This document shows positions 1-7,852 of a DNA stretch of 15,032 nt, piece after piece (within the stretch, counting starts at the first letter, position 1; every line of letters begins with the position of its first letter). Location: the NCBI GenBank assembly GCA_039801565.1, contig JBDRUX010000060.1, forward strand, positions 1 through 15,032, given 5' to 3'. This DNA comes from a candidate division WOR-3 bacterium (GTDB lineage: Bacteria; Hydrothermota; Tepidihabitantia; Tepidihabitantales; JAOUPE01). The translations under genes and the position numbers were made by a program. Below the pieces are notes generated by a model. That model ran no database searches and had not been told where the DNA came from. It saw only the letters and a program-made list of their open reading frames with translations.

Positions 1-90
1 CACCCCCTAAGCGATACCCCCTCCCTAAAGGAAAATCAGCGTAACTGACGGACGACCAACACGATAGACGAAAAAATCGTTTAATTTTAG

Positions 91-108
91 GTTGAAATAT
101 ATTTCAAC
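91..108. repeat. Perfect 18-bp palindrome GTTGAAATATATTTCAAC
   Basis: The sequence equals its own reverse complement. It is intergenic and its function is unknown (operator or hairpin). Confidence 0.7.
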
Positions 109-306
109 TTTTTCTGGCACAAAACTTCTCCCGAAACAAATCCAGTGGTACTATCAAAAATTATTTGTAGCGAAGGTCTGCGTCTAACCGCGATAAAGCA
201 GAGTTAAGTCAGAAAAACATAGGAAAGAAGCAATGAAATTATGCGGCCTGATATCATATACCAAATGAGCGGGATATATAATGCACCAAAGCGGTTCTGA
301 AATTTT

Positions 307-663
307 TTACTGATTTTCGGAATTAATTAATAAGTGCCATTCGCAACCGTCAATCGGACAATTCCAGTCTTTCCCTTCGGGCGGACGGGGATGAGTTTCG
401 TAATTATGCCGGTAGCGATGCCAGATTTTACAGTGCCGAATATAAGCATCATAGGAATCGTTAGCAAACTCAACCTTAAAATAAGCATACTTAGCATCAA
501 TCCCACGCGGAACCTCAACCAGACTTTTTAGTGTCTCGTAAACATCATTATCTGACCGGGCAATCTCTTCTACTACTTCGCCATCATTGGAAAGAATAAA
601 AACCCCCGGCCGATGCTCAGTGACATAATAATCCAACCATTCCAATCTTTTGAAGTTTTCCAT
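307..663 (-). CDS. Small Cys/His protein, degenerate GIY-YIG-like; paralog 2 of a tandem pair
   Basis: 118 aa. RBS AAGGAG overlaps the upstream stop. Motifs PGVFIL..EIARSD and AYIRHC..WHRY..HP.PP..W.CP..GC.W are shared with 673..1059. The fold assignment is inference. Confidence 0.8.
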   Translation of the reverse strand: MENFKRLEWLDYYVTEHRPGVFILSNDGEVVEEIARSDNDVYETLKSLVEVPRGIDAKYAYFKVEFANDSYDAYIRHCKIWHRYRHNYETHPRPPEGKDWNCPIDGCEWHLLINSENQ

Positions 664-672
664 TTCTTCTCC

Positions 673-1059
673 TTAAGCTTTAACAACCGCTGGTTTATAT
701 AATACTGAACCGGTCTTGCGGGCTTTTCTTTTCCCTTCCCAAGCACAACCGAAGACCGGACAACCCCAATTTTCATTACGCGGTGGCTCGGGATGAATAC
801 CACAATTATACCGATGATGCAATTGACAATGGAATAAGAACGCCTCGATCGATGAATAGGCAAATTTGATATAATAAAAATTATACCGGCGCTTTAGGTC
901 AAATAGCCGACCTCGCAAATATACTCCAATATTGTCCGCTCGACTTATCTCATCCACCGTTTTCCCATCTTTTGAGAAGAGAACAACTCCAGGCGTCGCC
1001 ATTTTGCCAAAACTTACTAACTCTTCCAAGGTCTCGATGTTTTTTAGTTCTTCACTCAT
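673..1059 (-). CDS. Small Cys/His protein, degenerate GIY-YIG-like; paralog 1 of a tandem pair
   Basis: 128 aa. RBS AAGGAG at 1065-1070. Motifs PGVVLF..EISRAD and AFLFHC..HHRY..HP.PP..W.CP..GC.W, followed by a basic C-terminal tail. Confidence 0.8.
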   Translation of the reverse strand: MSEELKNIETLEELVSFGKMATPGVVLFSKDGKTVDEISRADNIGVYLRGRLFDLKRRYNFYYIKFAYSSIEAFLFHCQLHHRYNCGIHPEPPRNENWGCPVFGCAWEGKRKARKTGSVLYKPAVVKA

Positions 1060-1088
1060 TTTGGCTCCTTTCTTTTATCAATACTATA

Positions 1089-1105
1089 TGCAAATGATGT
1101 GCCAA
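1089..1105 (-). promoter_or_regulatory. Sigma54 (-24/-12) promoter
   Basis: The minus strand reads TTGGCAC-ATCAT-TTGCA, matching TGGCAC-N5-TTGC, about 30 nt upstream of the ATG at 1059. Confidence 0.85.
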
Positions 1106-1119
1106 GAATCCTTACTTCA

Positions 1120-1144
1120 TAATGCCTTAATTTTTAATAACTTA
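1120..1144. promoter_or_regulatory. Back-to-back IHF-like sites
   Basis: AATTAAGGCATTA (minus strand) and TTTTAATAACTTA (plus strand) imperfectly match WATCAA-N4-TTR. They lie between the sigma54 box and the candidate UAS. Confidence 0.4.
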
Positions 1145-1174
1145 TATATCAGAAATATTTTTTAGGTTTCTGGG

Positions 1175-1269
1175 TGTCTCAAGTTTGGGACGATTTGTAC
1201 CAAAGATAAGGTTAATGAGACATAACAGATTTTAATAAAGACAACCTTTAAATTTTTCTTTTGTCCCAA
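1175..1269. promoter_or_regulatory. Candidate enhancer (UAS) sites for a sigma54 activator
   Basis: Near-palindrome GTCTCAA-GT-TTGGGAC (1176-1191), plus half-sites TGAGACA (1216-1222) and TGTCCCAA (1262-1269), about 70-165 bp upstream of the -24 box. Confidence 0.5.
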
Positions 1270-1364
1270 CAATTAACAATGCTGAAAGAGAGAGTCGTAT
1301 TAGATAATGCAATGCTATTATTTTTCGATGGTCAACGACTTTTGAAGCTATTTGTGTTTTGCTC

Positions 1365-1393
1365 TTGACAGCAAGGGTTTTTCTTTTTATGAT
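1365..1393 (+). promoter_or_regulatory. Sigma70-type promoter
   Basis: TTGACA-17 bp-TATGAT. Confidence 0.7.
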
Positions 1394-1504
1394 TGAGCAT
1401 TAATTGTTCAAATTCGGGACGAAAAATGCGAAACGTGGGGAAAATGGATATCTTTATTTCAAGTTCCGCTTTCCCAATTTCGCATTGGCAAAGGATGAAA
1501 CCTT

Positions 1505-1642
1505 ATGATTCAGTTTAAACGGCGTTATTTTCCAGAGAAAGACCGACTCAAATGGCTAATCTGGTTGCGTTGGATTTGGTTAGGAATGATGGCTGGATTG
1601 GTATTATTTTTATATTATTTGACTCGGTTATTACCCAGATGA
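1505..1642 (+). CDS. Putative 45-aa single-pass membrane protein (not in the ORF track)
   Basis: Hand translation: MIQFKRRYFPEKDRLKWLIWLRWIWLGMMAGLVLFLYYLTRLLPR. Basic N-terminus followed by a hydrophobic helix, with AAGGA upstream. Confidence 0.55.
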   Translation: MIQFKRRYFPEKDRLKWLIWLRWIWLGMMAGLVLFLYYLTRLLPR

Positions 1643-1678
1643 GTCAAAAGGATTTAAAGAATAAAAGAAAGGAGCGCT

Positions 1679-2854
1679 ATGAGTCAACCACACTTCAATT
1701 ATAAAGATGTCTTTCGAGCCTGCCGATTAGGATTTTCGGCAAAGAAGATGTGGATGAGTTTCGTCGGATTGTTGGTCGGTTTTATCGGCTATGCGATAAT
1801 CTCGTATCTTGCCTACTTAAGTGCTGGCTGGCGAATCGAGGAAATCTGGTTAGAATTTCGACTACTTCCCATTCCCCAAGCGTTTCCCTGGTATGCTTGG
1901 ATAATTTGGGCAATCGGTGTCGTTTATTTCTTGGTAGTGTTGTTGATAACCGGTGCTGCGGTGAGCAAGGTTGCCTATGAACAATTGCGGGGTGATGAAT
2001 TCTTTGAAGTAAAAGAAGCATTCAAGTCTGCTTTCCAAAATATCGGGGCAGTATGCTTAAGTCCACTTTTACCTTTGCTCTTCGTCTTATCCTTAGTGAT
2101 TTGCGGCTTGGTTTTAAGTTTAATTGGCGCAATACCGTACTTTGGCGAAATATTCGTTGGCATAATGGCATTGCCGGCATTCGCAGTAAGTCTGTTTATC
2201 GTCTATTTGTTGATCGTCTTCGTCTTTACCCTGATGCTCGGTCCGGCTGTCGCCGGGGCAACAAAGAACGATACTTTTGATACCCTTTTTGAGGTATTTA
2301 GTTGTGTTAATGAACAACCTTGGCGGTTGGTCGTCTATGGCGTGCTGCTGGCGTTTTTAGCAAAACTTGGTACCTTTCTACTTGGACTGGCATCGGCTGG
2401 TGCGATAAAGATTGGTTCGGTTGTTGTCCATATCTTTGCTGGTAGCAAGATTTATGATATGATGGCGAATGCTTCCCATTTCTTAAAGTTAAATCTACCC
2501 AATTGGTTGCCAGAGTTATGCCGAAATTTCATTGAGCGATTCCTTTTTTATGTTAGGGCTGGGATGGTCTTGGAGCCGTCTTATTATACTCGAGTCCATT
2601 GGGCAGTAGATGTCGGCTCAATTTTATTTGGTATTGGTTTCTACTGTATCGTGCTGTTTGTTCTGTCTTATGGTGTAGCTACTTGGTTTTCCGGTAATGT
2701 CTTAATCTACTCAGTCTTAGTAAAAAAGAAGGACGACAAGAACCTTTTTGAAATTGAGAAGGAAGAAGAGCTAAGAACTGAACCAAAACCAACCACGGCT
2801 GAGGCAGGAACGCAAACGAGCGAAGAAAAATCAGAACCGAAATCAGAGTCGTAA
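1679..2854 (+). CDS. Hypothetical polytopic membrane protein
   Basis: 391 aa, RBS AAAGGAG, many long hydrophobic segments and a charged low-complexity C-terminal tail. Confidence 0.85.
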   Translation: MSQPHFNYKDVFRACRLGFSAKKMWMSFVGLLVGFIGYAIISYLAYLSAGWRIEEIWLEFRLLPIPQAFPWYAWIIWAIGVVYFLVVLLITGAAVSKVAYEQLRGDEFFEVKEAFKSAFQNIGAVCLSPLLPLLFVLSLVICGLVLSLIGAIPYFGEIFVGIMALPAFAVSLFIVYLLIVFVFTLMLGPAVAGATKNDTFDTLFEVFSCVNEQPWRLVVYGVLLAFLAKLGTFLLGLASAGAIKIGSVVVHIFAGSKIYDMMANASHFLKLNLPNWLPELCRNFIERFLFYVRAGMVLEPSYYTRVHWAVDVGSILFGIGFYCIVLFVLSYGVATWFSGNVLIYSVLVKKKDDKNLFEIEKEEELRTEPKPTTAEAGTQTSEEKSEPKSES

Positions 2855-2985
2855 CTTAACGAATCGGGAGCAGGTGTTACTGCGTATTGAAATTGGAAGT
2901 TAACGAGCGAGGCGCGATATTACTTTAAGACTTTTGAAAACGAAAGGAGCCTTTCCAAATTACCACCAAATCTTCCAGCACGGCA

Positions 2986-3013
2986 TTGACTTTTCGGGTA
3001 ATTTTAGTAGTTT
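2986..3013 (+). promoter_or_regulatory. Possible sigma70 promoter for the tRNA-ilvE unit
   Basis: TTGACT-16 bp-TAGTTT. Confidence 0.4.
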
Positions 3014-3101
3014 AAGGATTGTTAACACGACAATAACCGACCAAATTGTCGCTAACGCAAATTATTTGATTCTGGTTGGTCGGGTTAAGCGCAATAATTG
3101 G

Positions 3102-3176
3102 GGCGGCGTAGCTCAGTTTGGCCAGAGCAGGAGAATCATAATCTCTGTGTCAGGGGTTCAAATCCCTTCGCCGCCA
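3102..3176 (+). tRNA. tRNA-Met(CAT), probably elongator; CCA not encoded
   Basis: Cloverleaf with acceptor GGCGGCG/CGCCGCC, D stem GCTC/GAGC, anticodon arm GGAGA-ATCATAA-TCTCT and T arm AGGGG-TTCAAAT-CCCTT. G1-C72 and the absence of the three consecutive G-C anticodon-stem pairs argue against fMet. Confidence 0.93.
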
Positions 3177-3232
3177 TTCAAAAGAGCAGAAAATAGGGAA
3201 AACACCAATTATCAATTTCTGCAGGAGGTATA

Positions 3233-4162
3233 ATGTCTTTTGAGCAATCTAAGGCGAAGTATATTTGGCTGAATGGGCAATTCGTCCCTTGGGATGACGC
3301 TAAGATACATATTTGCTCCCACGTTATTCATTATGGCACTGGGGTCTTTGAAGGACTGCGTTGCTATAAAACTAAGAAGGGGTCGGCAATTTTTCGACTT
3401 AAGGACCATACCATAAGGCTATTCAATTCGGCCAAGATTTATCGAATGGATATCCCTTATACCCAAGAAGAAATAAACCAAGCGGTAATTGATACCATTA
3501 GGAAAAATGAACAAGAGGAGTGCTATATTCGTCCCATCGTCTATCGGGGCTATTATGAATTGGGCGTTAATCCCTTTAATTGTCCGGTTGATGTTTCTAT
3601 CATCACTTGGTATTGGGGAAAGTATTTGGGCAGTGGTGCCACGGAAGAAGGTGTGGATGTGATGGTCTCTTCTTGGAACCGAATGGCACCGAACACCTTT
3701 CCGGCAATGTCGAAGACCTGCGCCAATTATATGAATTCGCAATTGATAAAAATGGAAGCAATAAAATATGGTTTTGTCGAAGGTATTGCCTTAGACGTTA
3801 ATGGTTTTGTCAGTGAGGGTTCGGGCGAAAATATCTTTCTTGTTCATAATGGGAAAATTCACACACCGCCACTTCATGCTACAATTTTACCCGGTATTAC
3901 CCGTGACACGGTTATTCGGATTGCTCGGGATTTAGGTTATGAAGTGATTGAGACAATGATGTTAAGGGAATTCCTTTATCTTGCCGACGAGGTATTTTTC
4001 ACCGGCAGCGCTGCCGAGATTACGCCGATTCGTTCGATTGATAAAATTAAAGTCGGTGATGGCAAACCCGGACCGATAACCAAAAAATTGCAGGAACGAT
4101 TCTTTGCTATTATCGAAGGCGAAATCGAAGATAAATACCACTGGTTGACCTATATAAAATAA
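3233..4162 (+). CDS. ilvE: Branched-chain amino acid aminotransferase (PLP class IV)
   Basis: Motifs [34 protein letters not shown] and [22 protein letters not shown]. Confidence 0.96.
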   Translation: MSFEQSKAKYIWLNGQFVPWDDAKIHICSHVIHYGTGVFEGLRCYKTKKGSAIFRLKDHTIRLFNSAKIYRMDIPYTQEEINQAVIDTIRKNEQEECYIRPIVYRGYYELGVNPFNCPVDVSIITWYWGKYLGSGATEEGVDVMVSSWNRMAPNTFPAMSKTCANYMNSQLIKMEAIKYGFVEGIALDVNGFVSEGSGENIFLVHNGKIHTPPLHATILPGITRDTVIRIARDLGYEVIETMMLREFLYLADEVFFTGSAAEITPIRSIDKIKVGDGKPGPITKKLQERFFAIIEGEIEDKYHWLTYIK

Positions 4163-4213
4163 AATTTCCCTTTAGCCGCGAATAAGATCAAAACAGCCGG
4201 CAAGGAAGATTTA

Positions 4214-4666
4214 ATGAAAGTTGGTATCGGCGCTGACCATCGGGGTTTTAAACTCAAAGAATTTCTAAAGACATTTTTGGCGAAAATTGGTTACGAAGTA
4301 AAGGATTTCGGTGTCTTTAGTGAAGACCCAGCTGATTATCCTGATGTCGCACTTGCCTTAACCAAAGATTGCATAAAGAGAAAAATTAAGCGTGGCATTC
4401 TCATCTGTGGTTCCGGATTAGGGATGTCAATTGCGGCGAATAAAGTTAAAGGGATCAGGGCTACTTTGTGCTTAAACGAAGCGATGGCGAAGATGGCACG
4501 GAATCACAACGATTCCAATGTCCTTGTCTTAGCGGCTGATTTTACAACCAAGACAATGGCACGTAAAATCCTTAAGGTCTGGTTAACCGAGGACTTCTTA
4601 GGTGGTCGGCACAAACGGCGGCTCAAAAAAATCAGCCAATATTTCGAGAAGTCAAAGCTACGCTGA
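4214..4666 (+). CDS. rpiB: Ribose-5-phosphate isomerase B
   Basis: Motifs GADH.G, CGSGLGMSIAANK..GIRA, ARNHNDSNVL and GGRH.RR. Confidence 0.95.
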   Translation: MKVGIGADHRGFKLKEFLKTFLAKIGYEVKDFGVFSEDPADYPDVALALTKDCIKRKIKRGILICGSGLGMSIAANKVKGIRATLCLNEAMAKMARNHNDSNVLVLAADFTTKTMARKILKVWLTEDFLGGRHKRRLKKISQYFEKSKLR

Positions 4667-4706
4667 GTAATTTTCGCACCCGGCAATTTTCAAATTCTAA
4701 CAAGTA

Positions 4707-5558
4707 GTGAAAATAATACCCATAGCGTTTGATAGTTTAGGAACACGGGGGATGGCGACTTTTTTAGATTTTTCCCAAAAAATTCTTATCGACCCTTCTT
4801 GTGCCCTTGCCCCTTCGCGTTACAATTTACCGCCCCATCCAAAAGAACTGGCGAGAAAAGAAGAACAGTGGCAGACAATTGTTAAATACGCTAATATTGC
4901 CCAGATAATTATTATTACCCATTATCATTACGACCACCACAATCCCGACTTTCCCTTACTCTTTCAGGATAAGATTTTAATTATCAAAAATCCAAAAGAG
5001 AACATTAATGATAGCCAACGCGAGCGGGCTGCGGTTTTTTTACATCGAATTAATGGCTTAACTAAAGAGATTCTAATTGGTGACGGGGCAAGTTTTCGTT
5101 TTGGTGCAACCGAAATTATCTGTTCGGAAGCAGTTTGTCATGGCGTCAGTAATAAATTAGGTATGGTGATTGAAGTAGCAGTGCAGGAGGGTGGTGAAAA
5201 ATTTCTCTTCACTTCGGATGTTCAAGGAATAACCTTAGATGAACAATTAGCTTTTATTTTAAAGCAAAATCCTGACATTATATTTGCTGATGGCCCTATG
5301 ACTTATATGCTTAATTATCGGTTTCGTCCGGAAGATTTAGCCCGTTCGATTAAAAATATTATCCGAATTATCAATGAGACGAAGGTTAATAAATTAATCC
5401 TTGACCATCATTTTTTACGGGACTTGAATTATAAAAAATACCTTGAGGAGATCTTCGCCACTAACTTAGGCAATACCGAGATTCTTACCGCCGCGGAATT
5501 TGCTGGGCAAGAAAATGATTTATTAGAAGCACGGCGACAAGAACTGTATAAGAGTTAA
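4707..5558 (+). CDS. Metallo-beta-lactamase-fold hydrolase, UPF0282/COG2248-like
   Basis: N-terminus MKIIPIAFDSLGTRGMAT, metal motif THYHYDHH, and motifs FTSDVQG, DHHFLRD and LLEARR; GTG start. Confidence 0.85.
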   Translation: MKIIPIAFDSLGTRGMATFLDFSQKILIDPSCALAPSRYNLPPHPKELARKEEQWQTIVKYANIAQIIIITHYHYDHHNPDFPLLFQDKILIIKNPKENINDSQRERAAVFLHRINGLTKEILIGDGASFRFGATEIICSEAVCHGVSNKLGMVIEVAVQEGGEKFLFTSDVQGITLDEQLAFILKQNPDIIFADGPMTYMLNYRFRPEDLARSIKNIIRIINETKVNKLILDHHFLRDLNYKKYLEEIFATNLGNTEILTAAEFAGQENDLLEARRQELYKS

Positions 5559-5645
5559 GGAAAGTTTATTAAACATTGTCAAAAGAATTTTTTCAATAAC
5601 CGAATAAAATTTTTATTTCAATGGGTCTATTTAAGGCTTGGAAAA

Positions 5646-6920
5646 TTACTTTGAGGCTAATAAGACCGACATTATTGTTACTGCTAATGGTATAGCAATT
5701 GAACTCAATATCTGGACATGGTCTTGCCACCACTTTAATGTCAGGCGTGGTACATATACGATATCGCCAGGTTCAACCAGTGGGTCAGAGTTGATTGAGA
5801 TTTTCCGATTCTCTCTTTGGATATAAGCTTTTTTAATATTGGCGACATTAGTTGGTCCGCCGGCTTGACCAATATAATGAGAAGCTCGTTGATTGGGGAT
5901 AAACGGGAAAGAGCCGGGTTCAACGACTTCACCTTCAACATAGACTAAGGTATTAATCGGTGGTATTACTAAAATATCACCCGGTAACATCTCGATATCG
6001 GCGGATTGATCTTTTTCTAAGATGACTTTATTCAAATCAATTGGAATTTTTTTTCGCTGATTGGAGCCGATAGCTAATCGTTCAATATAAGCTGAGCTTA
6101 AATCCGCCCAAGGGGTGATGCCACCAGCTTTGGCAATGATATCAGTTATTCTATCACCGGTTGCTAACTCATAAACGCCTTCACTGATTCTCTCTTTTTC
6201 TGTTGTCAAAGTTGAAGTTCGTAGTTTGGATTCACCTCGACCGAAAACCGCACCTTTTACGCTAACTGTTGCCATCATTGCTGGCACAATAATGATATCA
6301 CCAGACTCGACAAAAGGGTTAGCGGTTAGGTCACCGGCTATTTCGAATCGTTCTAAATTCACCTCGGTAATTGATTGACCCCCTCTAATCAATTGAATTC
6401 TTGTCTTTGACCCGACCGGTGTTAAGCCACCAGCGCGAGCAATTACTTGTGATACTCGCTCGGTAGGATTAGCGTCATAACCACCAGGTTTTTCTACCTC
6501 ACCGGTCACAAATACCGTGCCGGTGCGGACGCCAATTAATGTTAATTTTACTTTTGTATCGCGAAAATATCGGCTAAAGATAGTGTTTATTGAATCTTCT
6601 GCTTGCTTTAATGTCAGTTCAGCTACTTTTATCGCATCAATCACTTCGGAATAATGCTTACTTGAGCCATCTTCCATAATTCGCGACATTGGGATATTAA
6701 TCGTCATTTTCCCATCATAAGTTACGTAAGTGGTATAAGAGTAAGTGGTTTTACCGAGAATTGTTACCAATAAATTATCACCAGGCATTAGAATATATCT
6801 TTCCGGAATTACAGGTGCCTCGACGCCTACTTGGTCCGATTTTGGGTATTGTTTAATTTGGGCAAAAGTTAAAACAGAAGATATTATAACCAAACAAAAT
6901 ATAAGCAAATTCTTGCACAT
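5646..6920 (-). CDS. Polysaccharide export (OPX/Wza-like) protein with SLBB domains
   Basis: Signal peptide, Y.L.PGD export motif, repeated V.GEV..PG / AGG / GD.I.VP units and a hydrophobic C-terminal helix. Confidence 0.87.
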   Translation of the reverse strand: MCKNLLIFCLVIISSVLTFAQIKQYPKSDQVGVEAPVIPERYILMPGDNLLVTILGKTTYSYTTYVTYDGKMTINIPMSRIMEDGSSKHYSEVIDAIKVAELTLKQAEDSINTIFSRYFRDTKVKLTLIGVRTGTVFVTGEVEKPGGYDANPTERVSQVIARAGGLTPVGSKTRIQLIRGGQSITEVNLERFEIAGDLTANPFVESGDIIIVPAMMATVSVKGAVFGRGESKLRTSTLTTEKERISEGVYELATGDRITDIIAKAGGITPWADLSSAYIERLAIGSNQRKKIPIDLNKVILEKDQSADIEMLPGDILVIPPINTLVYVEGEVVEPGSFPFIPNQRASHYIGQAGGPTNVANIKKAYIQRENRKISINSDPLVEPGDIVYVPRLTLKWWQDHVQILSSIAIPLAVTIMSVLLASK

Positions 6921-6926
6921 AACCTA

Positions 6927-6954
6927 ATATTAAGGTTAATTTTCAATATGTCAA
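6927..6954 (-). promoter_or_regulatory. Sigma70 promoter, probably giving a leaderless transcript
   Basis: TTGACA-16 bp-TAATAT, then 6 nt to the ATG at 6920, with no Shine-Dalgarno sequence. Confidence 0.65.
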
Positions 6955-7121
6955 TAATAGAAAAATTTTGAATTAAATTTAATTGTTTATATTTTGAATT
7001 GCAGTGGTTTTTAGAATTTAAATTATGATACGCAGTGAAAAGATACAAAAGGTGATTTAAGAGATGTTAAATTCGATTTAAATTATTTTTCCTTTTCTGA
7101 ATTTATGCCCAAAACAAAGGC

Positions 7122-7149
7122 TTGACACTTCGTTTTTTTTGATTATATT
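7122..7149 (+). promoter_or_regulatory. Sigma70 promoter for rplF, probably leaderless
   Basis: TTGACA-16 bp-TATATT, then 7 nt to the ATG at 7157, with no Shine-Dalgarno sequence. Confidence 0.65.
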
Positions 7150-7156
7150 ATATCTA

Positions 7157-7726
7157 ATGGCAAAAAAATTAAAACCGATTCCGATTCCAAAGGATGTTAG
7201 TGCAACATTTAACGACGGCAAATTTGTCGCTAAAGGACCTTTGGGGTCTTTAGACCTTTCGGTGCATCCCAATTTAAAGATTATCATCAGTGATAACAAA
7301 ATCAGTCTTGAGAAGGTTGGTAATGTTTCACCGGCATTAGTTGGAACCACCCGGGCTTTAATTCTTTCGATGCTAAAAGGAGTAACTACTGGTTATGAAA
7401 AAATTTTAGAAGTTCGGGGAGTAGGTTATAAAGCACAAAAAACTAAAGAAGGGATTCAGTTGACCCTTGGTTTCTCCCATCCGGTTAATATACCAACACC
7501 GAAAGGGATTACCTTCGATGTGAAGAACGTTCCTAATCCTGAAGACCCAAAGACTTTAATTACTGAGATCATTATCCGAGGTATTGATAAGCAATTGGTT
7601 GGGGCAACCGCAGCCGACATCCGAAGAATTTGTCCACCCGATGTTTATCACGGCAAAGGAATTCGATATTCTGGTGAACACATTCGGAAAAAAGCCGGCA
7701 AACGTGCCGTTGCGGCTCAAACTTAG
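7157..7726 (+). CDS. rplF: 50S ribosomal protein L6 (uL6), solitary
   Basis: Motifs KPIPIP, KGPLG.L, GTTRALI..M..GV..GY.K.LEV.GVGY, LGFSHPV, GIDKQLVG..AA.IR and GKGIRY..E.IR.KAGK. ATG 7157 is preferred over TTG 7139. Confidence 0.95.
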   Translation: MAKKLKPIPIPKDVSATFNDGKFVAKGPLGSLDLSVHPNLKIIISDNKISLEKVGNVSPALVGTTRALILSMLKGVTTGYEKILEVRGVGYKAQKTKEGIQLTLGFSHPVNIPTPKGITFDVKNVPNPEDPKTLITEIIIRGIDKQLVGATAADIRRICPPDVYHGKGIRYSGEHIRKKAGKRAVAAQT

Positions 7727-7815
7727 AAATTTTTAATTATTGACACCTCGAATCAAAATTACCTTTAAGCCAAAATTTAAGTAAAATTACATTTTCAAAA
7801 TTGCTTTATTTAAGC

Positions 7816-7843
7816 TTGACTTAGTATGAGATTTTATTAAACT
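7816..7843 (+). promoter_or_regulatory. Sigma70 promoter with a very short leader
   Basis: TTGACT-16 bp-TAAACT, 9 nt before the ATG at 7853, with no Shine-Dalgarno sequence. Confidence 0.6.
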
Positions 7844-7852
7844 GTTTCCATT

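Noticed and set aside
1..30. C-rich stretch CACCCCCTAAGCGATACCCCCTCCC
   Set aside because: It is cut by the window edge, so it cannot be told apart as a repeat or an RBS/start region.
115..129. Second sigma54-like box TGGCAC-AAAAC-TTCT on the + strand
   Set aside because: The -12 GC is missing and no credible + strand gene follows.
327..1165. ORFs 327..518, 334..531, 573..863 and 932..1165
   Set aside because: They are shadow frames over the two paralogs, which have RBSs and mutual homology.
1750..2317. Short ORFs within the 391-aa gene
   Set aside because: Alternative-frame or antisense ORFs with no independent signals.
3150..3176. tRNA 3' end as an integration site
   Set aside because: No duplicate of the 3' end and no integrase was seen, and housekeeping ilvE follows directly.
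2934..3233. 99-aa ORF
   Set aside because: It runs through the tRNA and its probable promoter.
7139..7156. TTG start for rplF given in the ORF track
   Set aside because: It lies within the predicted promoter, and ATG 7157 fits the uL6 N-terminus better.
3212..7350. Short antisense or alternative-frame ORFs over ilvE, rpiB, the SLBB gene and rplF
   Set aside because: They overlap well-supported genes and have no recognisable motifs.
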